From Chrysomallon squamiferum (Eukaryota; Animalia; Mollusca): 64,000 bases of DNA. The stretch covers positions 16,306,001-16,370,000 of the forward strand of contig CM022671.1 of assembly GCA_012295275.1 (NCBI GenBank). The letters run 5' to 3'. A program made the position numbers and the translations under genes. The notes below the pieces were generated by a model. The model did not search any database, was not told the DNA's origin, and saw nothing but the letters and a program-made list of their open reading frames with translations. Below are positions 41,256 to 55,336 of the stretch, in pieces (positions within the stretch are counted from its first letter, which is position 1; the number at the start of each line of letters is the position of its first letter).

Positions 41256-43198
41256 TTAATTCAGTCATTATGTTCATCAGTGAGAACAGTACAGATTATT
41301 TAGTTTAGGGTTACAGAGACACTGCACATTATTTGGAGTAGACTGGTTTTATGTTCATCAGTGAGAACAGTACACATTATTTGGTACAGAGACTGGGCTT
41401 TTAATTCAGTCGTTATGTTCATCAGTGAGAACAGTACACATTATTTAGTACAGAGAATGGGCTTTTATTTCAGTGGTTTGAGTCCAAGAGTGAAGGCAGT
41501 GCACACTTTTTGGTATACAGACTGGGTTTTCAATTAAATGGTTAGAGTACATGAGTGAGTCCAGTGAACACTGGAATACAGATTGGGTTTTTAGTTATAT
41601 GGTTAGAGCATGAGGAAGGCATGATAGCTGGTCAGTTTTGTATCCTGCTGGTATCACAGAATTGTTTTAATAACTTCATGGGACATTTCTTTTATTAACA
41701 CTAAGCCACAGAATGTTGCTGTAGGATTCCCTGTCTCATATAACTGTTGTTAAAAAAACAAACAAAAAGAAAAAATGATTAAATGATCAAACTCTGTAAC
41801 TATTAAAACTGAAATATATTATATCTGGTACTTGTAAGTTTTTCCCTGTCTTCTAAAAATATATGCAGAAGATACCTTACAGGTAAATGAAAAGTTGTAT
41901 AATATCTAATTCAGCTCTTATTAAATGGTAGTTCTTAAGATTATGATTCCATATAAACTGCACCAAAAAGCTATTCTTACACATTAGAAGAAAGGAGTTT
42001 TTATATCTTTCTTAGCACACAAATAGGAAAGTTATATAGCAAGATCTTTGAAAAAAAACATTCATAATGCACTAGAAGAAACAGGGAAACAGCCCCATGG
42101 TATTACTGATAAATTCTAATCACCATCAGAACTGTGAGTATAACCGATATCATTTCTGAAAAAAGTGTTTAATTTGTGTCTGAAAAAAAAAACAACATTT
42201 TATTATTACAATAAAACTGTTAGAAACAAATTCACTGTTCTTCTAACATTTAATAAATCTGTGAAAAGAAGAGTAAGAAAAAAAAAAGCTTTATTTATGG
42301 ATAGACTCATCTCTGGTTATGGCATCAAATGGCTATAAAACAAGTGTTTATTAAAGAACATAATGATAAAGGAAGATCTCTTGGCAACATGAAAACAGAA
42401 CAGCTTTGTGCTATTTTCTTGCCATTATATCCAGTCATTAGGTCTCACTACGTTTTGTGCTTTACAAAAGCAAAAACAAACTTTCTCTCTTCTCTAGTTT
42501 CTCATTTATCAACAAGTTTTCATATCAACTCTTACTTTTTTTCAACAAATTTTCAGCACGATACACAAAATAATTGAGAGAATCAATGTCGGCAGTGCAA
42601 ACAGAAAACTATTTGCTGTTTGCCTTTTTCATCATTGACACTGTTCAAAATGCCTCTGATGCTGAGAAATAAGTTGTTTACTGGCAAACAGTGATATTTA
42701 GTTAAAACATGCACGCATTTCCAGGACATATGCTTAACACATACATATTTCACAACCATTATCCTACGTATGGATTCCAAATGCAAGACAAATATTGGCA
42801 AGAAACAAACAAATATTTTTCTTCACACTGAGCAAATTCTAATTAATGTGACTCTTCTTGTGAACAAATAGCAATAAATAATGATTGTATAAAACAAAAG
42901 AACAGGTCTTTGTTTTGTGAAGTGGTTTGGCACCAATATCAAAATCTCTAATGGATGACCTCATAATCCACGGCAGGTTTGAAATGAATTCTGACAAGGG
43001 ATTAGCTGTTTGGCATTCAGGAGAAATATGAATTAATGATGTGAATTAATTTTCTAAAGAAAAATGAAGTAAAATATGGCCTTTTATAGGGATTTAAAAT
43101 ACTGCATATTAAATTATTATTATTTTTATTGATTGACTTTTTAATTTTTAATTTCTTTTGGAAATATTTTATTGATATTGTGTATTCCTACAAAAGAA

Positions 43199-43257
<59 letters not shown>

Positions 43258-43280
43258 TAATAATAATAATAATAATAATA
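43199..43280. repeat. (AAT)n microsatellite
   Basis: Direct reading; one AAC interruption. Confidence 0.95.
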
Positions 43281-46200
43281 AAAACAGGTGTCTTCAAACT
43301 GATCATAACTTTTTCTGTTTAATTTTTAAATATTAATAGCTGGCATTCATCTTTACCAAAACTTCTTTCCAAGCAAGCAATTAGCATTAAAAAGCACATT
43401 ATTAATGGATGGCTAAACAAATGACAGAAACACTTAATTAATAACAGACGGAAACAAATTGATGTTAATTATATACAACATCAATGTTAAAACAGAAAAT
43501 GTATACATCCGTACATCAAAAGGAGCATCTTAAAAAAAAAAAAATGTATGTACTTAATTTCATGCTAACATTTTTAGCACTGTTGTCAGTGAACCCAGCA
43601 CTCACCTTTAAAACGATGCTTGAAAAGATGTACACCAAGTGACCCCCATTGCCACAGATAAAGAGTTAATTTGATGCTAGCTTAATTTCCCTGCATATTT
43701 CTGCAGATAAAAACCAGCAGCCCTTTCTTAACCAATGTTTGGCTATAGAAGTACATCACTTTCAAACATCCCACTGTTCATCGTAACAGAATGTCTTTTG
43801 TCTTAGTATCTTTATGAGAAAAAAATACATTAAATTGTTTTCATAACTGTATCAAGATTTTTTTTTTTTTTTTTAATGTTTATCTTTGGTGATATGAAAG
43901 AAATCTTCAAAATATATATTGCATTCTTCCAGTATCTGTGGTTTTGTGTAGTTTTTTTTTTTTTTTTTTTTTTTTTTGTATGGTTCTAAACTGTTATTTT
44001 ATTGTCCCTTAAAACAACCTTTTGCTAACAATGAAGTATCACAGTAATGCAAAAAATCAACTGATATGGCTTCCAGAATGTCATTTTTGCTACGCTTTTA
44101 TAATATGTCATTTCTGTCATAGAACTGCATAACACACTAATTTTCATGTGTAGATATAGTGAAAAAGAGTAACTGATCAAATATGAACATATAGTGTGTA
44201 AATTGTTTATTTACATTATTTATCTGACTGTCATGTTTTTAAACTATTTCTGTATGTCAAAGTCAGAAAAGAATGGAATACATTTTATATATACATGTAT
44301 ATATTTTACATGAACTTATGTTTTGGTCATACTTTATTTTTAGCAAAGTTGGGTTTGTAACAACACAACTGTTATTACTTGAAAGCAAATACAATGCCTT
44401 TAGGTTGTTTATTCATACTACCACAAGGAGATATTGTAGTGAATAAAAAATCCAGTATCTATCTATCTATCTATCTATATCTATATATATATATATATAT
44501 ATATAATAAATAAAACAGATAATAATAACAGATTTGCATGTAGTTGCTTTGAGTACAAGCCTCCTTGTTGCTTTTTTTTTATTTAAAAAAATGGGAATTA
44601 ATTTAGAGTCCACTGACTAATGCTTGAACCATTATCAAAAACAGAGGTGACAAAGTAATCATTTATTTTTGACTCAGGAGAATGTGCTGGCTATTCTCTG
44701 AGAGTCTCCAGTCTCTGGGGCTCTCATTCCACATTCTTAGTGTCTAAAACTCCCAAAGATTAATAACACACAACCAAATTACTTCTTTTTATTTGTTTTT
44801 AAATTATGTTTTCGTTTTTATGTTCCAGAGGTACCTCTTTACAGTGGAAGAGTGCTTATTAACTTAACTAAATACTTTTATTATTTTATTTTTTTTAATA
44901 TAAAAATAACTGAATATTATTTAAAAAAGAACAATAAAAATATTTTCTGTAAAGTAATATTTGCAACTGAAAGAAGAAGAAAAGAAATAAAGAAATAAAA
45001 GCCATTTATTGATCATATACAAAAATAATCTTTACATACTTTTTTATTTATGACCAAATAATGTAATTATGTTATGCAAAAAAAAAAAAAAAAAGCAACA
45101 ATAATATAAAGACAATATAGAAGAACAAATCCAAAGATTATAGATAAAAAAATTAATCTTTATTTCAACTAATTAATGCAGCAGAGTGCAAAAAAATAAC
45201 TGCTCTCAATATTTGTATTTTTTGTTATTCCTCTCCATGGCTCCATAGTCAGTATTCCTGCAAACACAAATACAATAAATTGTGAATGCAAGCAATTCTG
45301 TTAGCATTTGTCATATCCATCTATTCAGAATGACATTACATTTGTAGTCAGCAGTAGCAGCACTAAACCATGCAGGCTATTTAATCTGTCATTTGAAGCC
45401 ATTAAATATTAATGAGGTAGCAGTATAAAGAAAGTAACATTGGTGTCCACAAATCCTTCCATGTATCATAATGACAGGTCAATAGAAGATGGACTATAAC
45501 CAATAAAAACCTTCTCTCTCAAACTGCAGCTAGAGAACTTCTGCCACATAAATCAAGGAAACAGATACACAAAAGAATGCTTTACATTACTGATACACAC
45601 AGGACGCAGCCCTCGACAAAATGGAATTCATAAATGTCTTCCAGGCCGCGACTCTCAAGTCCATTACTGACCATTTCCATTTTAATTGTTGGGCAGTAAC
45701 GAGCTGACCCATGACCTGAATGTTAGCTGGTATAATTCATGGTCATTTTTCAACAAGACAGGCAGCGCTGTACCACTGGTTCCAAGGTGCGGTCTAATAC
45801 CATTCATTTTCCCTCAGCACGTAGCTCTTACATCCCATAACAACTTATCCTTCCACCTGTCCTGTTCCCCAGAGGCTGTTAATACCAGTGGTAGAATTAA
45901 AAATCATCATTCATTCAAGTCGGTAAAAAGATCTTCTCCTCCAGTTTGCAACTAAATTGCCATCTGGAGAATTATTAATAGCTTTTGTCTTTTGTTCACC
46001 ATATTGATGAAATAAATAATGCAGATTTATGAATAACTATTAATATGTTTAAAGGATTTGTGGAAAACCAGTAGTTTGGAAATTGTCTGGAATGGGAAAA
46101 ACTGAAAATGAAAATGTTGAGATTCTGTTGAAAATGGATTACATTTAATAAGCAATAATAGTGGTGTGTGTGTGTGTGTGTACAGAGAGATAGATAGATA

Positions 46201-46654
46201 ATATATATTTATTTATTTATTCTGACAATCAAAACGATGATTGTAAAAACTGAGATCTTTTCTTTGTATTATATATCTGATGTTTGTAACTTGCTGATAT
46301 CATCATCATCATCATCATCCGTTATTCTTATCAGTTGACAGCAAGACATCTATTCAACAGACATTAAAGCACACACTGCAACCTTTGATAAAAGAGCTAT
46401 GTGACACTGGTTGGAATGGTAAAAAAACCCAGATGCAACATTCTAGAAACACATTGCTATTACAAGCAGTAATAACAGAACACTACAGAAATATTATATA
46501 ACTAAGAAAAGAGGTTATGTACAAAGAGAGATAACAACAGATATCTGAATACTGTTGTCTCATAGAGAAAGACCCAATTTAATATTCCAGTCACAGAAAG
46601 TATTGAGCAATATTCAAGTAAGTCAGGCTTCCAGCAAAAGTCACAGTTATATAA

Positions 46655-47252
46655 TATCTAGTCTGAGATATTGTGTGCATTCTTCATAATATTCAGATTT
46701 ATACAAGTCATGAAATTCTATTTAGAACAAGATATACTGCATATGGTTTTTAATATTGATATTTAACAGAGAGATATCTTGGGTTATGCCTCATAATACT
46801 GAGATTTATGTAAGGTAATGGAGATACTGAGTGCATGCTTCATGATAACTGAGATTTATATAAACCACAAAATACCATCTAGACTGAGATATTTTCTGCA
46901 TGTTTATTTAATATTCAGATACATCTGTTACAAAAATATCATCTACCATGAGGTATTTTGTGTATGCTTAAAAATACTGAGTTACAATTATAGATCATGA
47001 AACACTTAGACATCTTGGGTATGCATCTTAATATTTAGATTTATATTAGCCATGAAATATTATTTAGCCCTAGATACATTCGTTATGCTTTTTAATATTG
47101 AGAGAGTTTCATAAGTCACGAAAAAAATGACATCTAGCATGAGATACGTCGTGCATGCTTCATAATATTTAGCTTTATATAAATCACGAAGTATCGTACT
47201 GTCTGAGATATTTTGTATATGTTCCTTAATACCGAGATTTATATAAATGCAA
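46655..47252. repeat. Old degenerate ~55-70-bp tandem array, ~10 copies
   Basis: gagatatt.tgtgcatgcttcataatactgagatttatataaatcatgaaat-like consensus recurs throughout. Confidence 0.8.
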
Positions 47253-47624
47253 TGAAGATTTACGTGTTTCACAATTGCTGTAATGTGCTTAATAAACAGC
47301 AGGGGCCCCAACGTGCATGACATGTGTCCATAAATAACTGTCATTAGGCTGAAACTCTGGCGCCGTAACTTCTTCCTTTGTCTACAGATGGCACTGCGTT
47401 TGTCACAATTATAAGCATAAAATATTAACCTGCTGCTTGAACAACGGTGCACATTAGCTTTGTAGTGGGGCATCCAGCGATGTACAAGTGTGCACTCTAA
47501 TGATGCAGTCGAATGAAATGAGTAAACAGCACAAATGTTCTCATTACAAGTGTCCGACAGCATGGTGGTTAATGACAACATACACAGCAAAATCTCCTCT
47601 ATAATTACTGCAGATTTATTGCTG

Positions 47625-47645
47625 CAGCAGCAGCAGCAGCAGCAG
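47625..47645. repeat. (CAG)7 microsatellite
   Basis: Direct reading; gives the poly-Cys run in ORF 47060-47713. Confidence 0.9.
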
Positions 47646-49140
47646 TAGTAGTTCAGTGGTGGAGTGACTGCCTGCCTGGTTGTAAACAAATAAACACTCT
47701 TCAGTTTGGACAATGACTGTAATGGGACGTTTGTTTTCTTTCAACAGGAAAAGTTTTCCCTTTATTACCAAAATCATTTAAGACACCTACTGCTACAATG
47801 TTTTTTATTTACTGAAATATATAGTTATGTCAGTTAAAGAATTACTAAGCAAACACTCATTTACTATAACATTATAATTCAGTATAATCAGAATTCTGAA
47901 TTACTCTGTTCAATGTAAAAAGACAGGAGGAGATGAAAAAAAAAAAAAAAAATATTTTTTATTATTTTCATTATTTTTTTCATTCAGCTGAATGTTTCTG
48001 CAGGTCATGTAAAAATTAATATTCCCTGCCTGTAACTGTAATTAACTTGATATTTCAAGTGTCATTTTAAAAAACTCTCTATTTGACAGAAATAGTGTAT
48101 AAAACTGCAAACACTCAAATGGCTGTATTGGTAGAGAATCCACTTTCCAAAGCAAAAAAAAAAAAAAAGAAAGAAAAAAAAAAAAAAATATCAGCAGCAA
48201 CTTCTAATAAAGCCATCATGCTGACGTGAAGCACTTTTCAGACGTAACTGAACAAACTCTGTGCAGAACAAACTTGACACACATATTCGTATGTAAAAAC
48301 GTAAAATTTTACACCAAGTCTCTTTAAAATGCCAGCAATAACCTGCAGCAAACCACTGAAGGGAAGTGCATGTAATGATGACCAATTACTAACGAGAAAA
48401 GTCTTTATTAACTCTTTGTAAGGCTTTCCAAAAGCACTACTGTCCTTTTTCCTTCAGGACACTCATATCTGCAGCGCCATCATGAACAGCCTGCGCCACC
48501 TACAGGCATCTATCCTAGCTTATTCTACGGCACGCTGACAGTCACTGTATGACTTTCAAGATGAAGCCAAACCAATTATGAAAAACATTTATGAGCCCTG
48601 AAAAAAAAAAAAAAAAAAAAAAAAAATGCCTTACGGCTTCAGCACTGACCACCAATGCAGGTAGTGTGTGGTTCATGCTGGGCAATAATGGAAGACTTGT
48701 GAAAACATTTATAAAAAGCACATGGCTGCGGATCATCTGTTGCTACATTTGTGTAGAGGATTTCAGAGGCTGTCACAGAGTATTCTCAAATGGTAACTGG
48801 TCTTCTGACAGAATAACTGATAATTTCAACTGATACACTGAAACATTTTATTTGCTTAGAGCTGACATTTCTTGTCTTGTGTGTTTGTGTGTGTTTGGAT
48901 TTTTCGGGAATAATTTGTGGACAGAAATTTAGCTTTTTGTTTTGATTTTTAATTTGTTTTTTTATTTATTTACTTATTCATCTTGTTATTTATTTGTTTG
49001 TTTATTTAGTTATGGATCATTTGGTTGCAATTTTTCTGTTGTTTGTTTTATTTAGATCTGGAAGATTTTTTTTTTTTTTTTTTTTGCTGTGAGTAAATAC
49101 TAATAAAACTGAACATTTCGCACCAAAATGAACAGAAAGA

Positions 49141-49232
49141 TACCTTCTCATAAACATGAAAAACCATACCATAGCCTTTGAGATACTAGTCACTGTGCTC
49201 CAACTGGAATGGGAAATAACCCAGTGGACAGC
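49141..49232 (-). mobile_element. Decayed fragment of a tRNA-derived Meta/MESC-type SINE (central domain)
   Basis: cataccatagcctttgagatactagtcactgtgctccaactggaatgggaaataacccagtgg aligns by eye with the reverse complement of a gastropod SINE core as I recall it (cataccacggcctttgatataccagtcgtggtgcactggctggaacgagaaatagcccaatgg). From memory, not a database search. Confidence 0.65.
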
Positions 49233-50795
49233 AACAATAATAAGCTAAACAATGACAAAATATTGCTATTCAGTATATGTCGAAAACAAAATATTGACCA
49301 AAAAATAAAAAAAAATAATAATAATAATAAAAAAAAAACAGTCCATTAACGAAGTAAACAATTATTAAGCAACATCAACTTGGTTTAAAAGATTAAAAAA
49401 GTACTTTCTATATTATCAGTAAATTCCGTCTGAACATGAGCTTTCATGTTGCAAAGATCAGCATTAACTTATCTCTGTGTTAAAAGATATGATAACTCTC
49501 TGACATTGAAAAAAAAAAAATTAATTTGAAATAAATTCTAAACTGAGAGGGAATGTTAATATTTCAAAGCTATTTCTGGATGTTATTCCTATCTAGAAAA
49601 AAATAAATAAAGATGCTAATAGATTGCAAATGCAACTGCAATGTTTCAAACTGTTTTCTACGATATCATGAACAGGCAGCTATATATAGGCCTATATATA
49701 TATATATAAAAAAAATATATCTTAATTAAATAAATTTGCTTGCCACAGGTAAGAAAAAAAAAAAAAAAAAAGAAAAGGAAAAAAAAAACAGAACTAATTA
49801 AGTAAATGTTTTTATAATCTCTGCCCTTTAACTTTCAACAATTTTTTTGTTTCAGTTGCAACTTTTAATGGATCTGTACTCAGCAACAGGTAACAGAAGT
49901 AAGTGAGAAGTTATCATTAATTTAATGCAGTATTCTGTACAAAAAAACCCCACCTTTATCCAGAATCAACAGATCCTTAAGCAGAGCCGAAGAGCTATTA
50001 AGAGGTACAATAATAAAGTTTACTGTTACATTTTCAGCAGATTTACTAATTGAAATATTCTCACACACACACAAACACATGCACAAACACACACAATTCA
50101 CCATTATTATAACCAATGCAGTTTCAGTGAGTATATTACCACTAGAGAGTGTATCTGCTTGCTGGTTCTGACACTAAGAAGGTTGATAAACTGACAAATG
50201 ATTCTACAAACTAGATATGCATCACTCAGCATACAGTGATATAATACAATATTATATGCTTACGTCTTTCACCATGACAATCATTTCTCAGACAGACATG
50301 TATGAAAATGTGTTTTCTGCTTCAGGCTTCCATTAATTGATAACAAATGTTTACTTTACCGAAAGTTTTTCTGTTCTATCTTTTTGTAGTTAAGAAGGAA
50401 ACAAATAATAAAAATATCCCTCTCTCTGTTTGTATTTGGTGGGTTTTTTTTTTTTTTTTAAATTGCTGTTGTTATTTGTTTTGGTCTGTTTTGTTTTTGT
50501 TTTTTTTGTTGTTGTTTACAGAGATAGAACTACCAGAGATAAAAATGAATGATGCATATATTTAGACACATAGACATTATACACACACAAATAAAATAGA
50601 TGAATAACCTACGTAAGCACATTCCAAGCAAGATGTTTATATAATATGTTGATAAAATCTAACAATGCTGCCAAGAATGTCCAGAAAAACTGAATTCCCC
50701 TCTACTTCTGTCCTGATTTTAAAACACACACACAACACACACACACACACACATACAAATGCATACATACACATATATATTATACACACACTCAC

Positions 50796-50832
<37 letters not shown>

Positions 50833-51499
50833 GTATATATGCAAGATATATACTGACATTTATACAGACATGTAAATTTATAATGGAATTTTTCAAGAAG
50901 AAAACAAGATATCATTTAAACCATAAAGCTTCTATATTGTGGTAACAGTATTTATATTATTTTTTTTTTTTTTTATACAAACTAAAGAAACAAAGATTTT
51001 GTCAAATAATAAACCATTTATCCTGACATAAAGATACTATACTGGAATTCTAATACCCTTGGCTTTCATTTTTCTGTTTATAAAGTACATTTTTGAGGTT
51101 GTGTTCTGTGTTAACAACAGAGAGAGAATCTCTTTCTGAATATTTTTTTTTTTTTTAACGCGTTACATTTCTTAAGAAATATCAGTAATAAGGACTTTGT
51201 CAAAGTATAAACACATTATCCTAAGAAAAGTGATTGTAGAAATTGCTGTCATGATTATAATGTGCAGGAAATGTCCCGTGTTGCAAACAGGGGTTTAATG
51301 GATTTGTCCAATTAGTTGACAAAAACATGGCTGACATGATCATTTTCAGATAAGATGGTCAGGAGGAAGAGATGGGAGTTGATTACTCCGCTGTGTTATT
51401 ATTCCATCTCATCTGATTTTCAAAACGAAGACAGAGAGAGAGAAAAAAATATAAACAAGTGAACAAAATGGAGGGTAGAAAAAAGAAGTTGTATTAATT

Positions 51500-51830
51500 T
51501 CTACAGAAGAAGAAGAAGAAGAAAAAAAAGAAGAAGAAAAAAAATAATTTATATTCATTTTTCTTAGAAGACATAGAAAATTGTATTCTTTCCATGTGAA
51601 AAAAAAAAAAAAAAAAAATTTATTATATTATTTGCAGAGAATTTATAGACTTTAGTAAGAAGAAAAAAATTTATATTCATTTTTGTTAGAAAAGAAGAAA
51701 AATATAATCTTTCCAAAGAGGAAAAAGAATTTACATTTTTCCATACAAGAATTTATAGTTATTAGTAAAAAAAAAAAAGAAAAAAAAAGATTTGATATAC
51801 ATTTTCTGTGGAAGAAATTGATGTTCTATT
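51500..51830. repeat. A-rich degenerate repeat
   Basis: aatttatattcattttt.ttagaa and agaatttatag...tagtaa blocks each recur, separated by A/GAA tracts. Confidence 0.65.
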
Positions 51831-54320
51831 TACTTCATCATGTCATATTTTTTTGTATTACATAAATACATTTCCATTTCTTAAAAAAAAATAAATTAAG
51901 TTATGTTCATTTCAATAGAAAAATAATGACCAGTGTGCCAAGAATGTTTTCACAAACAAGAAAAATGTTTATCATTCTCAGAATTTCTATTATAATATAT
52001 AATAATCTGATTACAGTGTGCTTGAATAATGCCGAAGAATCTTGGTAATAATTAGTAACAGGTTTAGATATGTGTAGAATTGCTGTAAAACACACTTGAC
52101 CTTTATTGTTAGCAATCTGTTTGAAGTCTGCTGCTTTTTAATGTATTTAAAAAATTACCCTCAGTAGTATAAACCAATGGTGATAATACATTTTATATAC
52201 TATGACAAAACTGTCTGGTGAACATGTGTTGTTAATAATAAAGTATAAGAATAAAATAACAAGCCTGTTAGGTTTCATTTAACATGGTTTTCTGCAGACA
52301 GAAATGTCAAAAAAAAAACTGATTTGACTCAATACATCAAAGCGAAGTAACCACATTAAATCTGTTCAAGAATTTTTGTATTCCTAGAACTGGAAAAAAA
52401 AGAGAAAATTTGTGCATCCTCACAAACTTCAGTTTTTATTGATATACTTTATTATTAGCCAACATTGGACATTAAAAAATAAAAAACAGTCATTCATCTG
52501 CTAGTTTATAAATTTTATTTAGACAATTACTTCTTTTACCACAGATACAGAACTAAGAAATAAATTCAAAGATTTTTCTGGTTTTAGACAAATAAATTAA
52601 CCTCCAAGTTTAAAGAAATTTATTTTATTCTAATGGCATTCACATGTTGTGTATGCTCTTCACCTTTGTAATAAACTAGGAGACTCGGGAATAAAAAACA
52701 TCTTTAAAAGAAATCTTTTTGCATATAAATCTGTTGATTACTCGCTGCTGAAATGGGCATATCTTGTTTTGTAGATCTAGGCATGTCGCAGAACTACTGC
52801 CTTCTGCCAAAAAAGACAGTTAATTGCCCCAGTTCTGCCCACTTTAGAGATCAATCAGTCAAAATAAATTGACCATACTGGACAAATTCCTCTCTCGGTA
52901 TCCTGATAAAACACGGGCAATATGTTAGTGATGCTCTGTTTTTTCAAGAGGTGTTTGTTTCCATAGTGCCTGTGGCAATGTCAGTTTTATCAGTCCCACT
53001 GTCATTCCAAGCAAACAGCTTACTAACAGTGAGAGACAGTCCACTTACATTCCTGGGCTATATTAAACTGCTAATTTACCTTTATTTGAAGTTGATGGGA
53101 AGCAAACTATTCACTAATGATGGCAAACAAGCCTACTTACAAAATGTGAACTGTATTGAGCTGTGATTGTATCTGCGTGTTTTCAAACTGATAAGATTTA
53201 AATCACAAACCGTAAGTTGTGATTGTACAGAAGTTAATATCTGATTCAAAAGAAATTCTAGTTAAGTCGGATCATTAAACATCATCATTATCAGTAATCT
53301 TTTGAAAAATATATAATTTTTATGTTTAAAAACAATTATAACACACACATATTAGGCATCTGCAGTTTATCTGTTTTAGCTTTAAAAACACAAATGATTA
53401 AATAAATAAATAATTCCGTTAAAGTAACTTTCTTTTTTTACAAACAGTCTAATTTTACTGTCAAAAATTATTAAAATAAATTTTTGATAATTTAAAGATA
53501 AAAAATCATTATAAAAAAAAAGAAAGAAAAAATTTCATAAAAACAAACAAATGAAACACAAAGATAAAACCAATTTAAAAAATAAAATACACCACATAAT
53601 ACATTGTCTATTGCATGATAGTTTGTTTATAATTATTAAAAAAAAAAAAAATCTGAAAAGAAATAAAAAAACAGAAAGTTAAAAAAACAAAACAATTCAA
53701 AATATATTGTCTGTTGCATGACACATGATAATTAAGAGAGTAAAACAATCCCAGCATCCATTACCAGTGTAGACTCCTCACAGGTGAAAAATTACATTAT
53801 CCCTATTTTATTACGACAACCCTAATCTCGTACCATTAACACAGTAATTCTGTAAATGTCAGAAACACACATGTACAGCTAGAAATCTTCAACAACAAAT
53901 CATTATAGATAATTCTAATTACACTGTCACTGAACAGACAAAACAAATTAACTTTCACTGTTAGTAGATACGACATTTCTCTTTTTGCTTTAAATGTTTT
54001 ACAGACAATCTTCTATATGGAATATTGATTAAGGATTTCAAGAATGGTGCCATCTGTTTCTTTACTACCAAAACAGTGAATTACAGGGGACTCCTACTTT
54101 GGAATAAATTACATCAATAATCAAAACATGCAAGTGATCTGTACCTAATGCACTTGGATTATGCAGGCCCATGGGAGAGAAAAAGCTGCGAATGAAGAAT
54201 CAACAACTCTCAAGAAAAGAGATAAAAAAACATTAATGTTTTGCTAACATGGACAGGATTTTCCACATGTTCAACATCTTCTCATGTGAGCACTTTAGCA
54301 CTTAAACAGTTTAAAGGAAT

Positions 54321-54680
54321 ATGGGTTGTCCCAAATGTTCAGTCTGCATTACAGGTTATGAGAGTTAATCATTTTAATTCCGACAAAAACTGTGAGAAAA
54401 ACTGAGAAATTCAAATCAACAATAAACTGTAAAAACAGAAATCGTAAAAACAACAGACACCTTCATACGAGATTTTGTATTTCAGTGCCAAGTCAAATGT
54501 GGGTTGTACCAAATGTTCAGTTTGAATTCATTAATAATTTTAATTCCATCACTGAGTCAAAAAATTAAGAAATTCAAAATTAACCAAAAAAATATCTGAG
54601 AAACAGCAGACCCTCTACTGAACACTGAGATTAAAAAAGTTAAGACTGAAACATTAAACTGTTTTATTTCAATGCCAAAT
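54321..54680. repeat. Diverged ~178-bp direct duplication
   Basis: tgggttgt(c/a)ccaaatgttcagt at ~54322 and ~54500; later ttttaattcc, agaaattcaaa, aacag.agac and atttca.tgccaa blocks are paired. Confidence 0.8.
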
Positions 54681-55023
54681 TAAATACTGTTAAACCATTC
54701 CACCACAGACCACCGAGTCTAGAGCTAATATTTAAACCCTGACTTTCTAATCCAGTAAAAGCCAGGAATTTCTCTCATTAATGCCAATATTTACCAACAA
54801 ACAACCTGTCCAGAGTCACCAGCCAAAACAGACTGCACTTCAGTACAGCCCCAGGGTTAGTGGTGAGTGGTGAGGTTAGTGTACTTAAGTCTGCATACAG
54901 CAATGTCAGAATAATGTGTAATTATATTAGTTATTAAAGATTTATGATAGTAAATTAATTTCCCATAGCATTAATATATGTAATGTTCTGGCTCAACGAA
55001 CTCATTTAAAAAAGGATGGTGGC

Positions 55024-55336
<313 letters not shown>

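Noticed and set aside
47060-47713. Longest ORF (217 aa) as a CDS
   Set aside because: Starts at a non-ATG codon, spans a (CAG)7 tract and a degenerate tandem array, and shows no recognisable domain.
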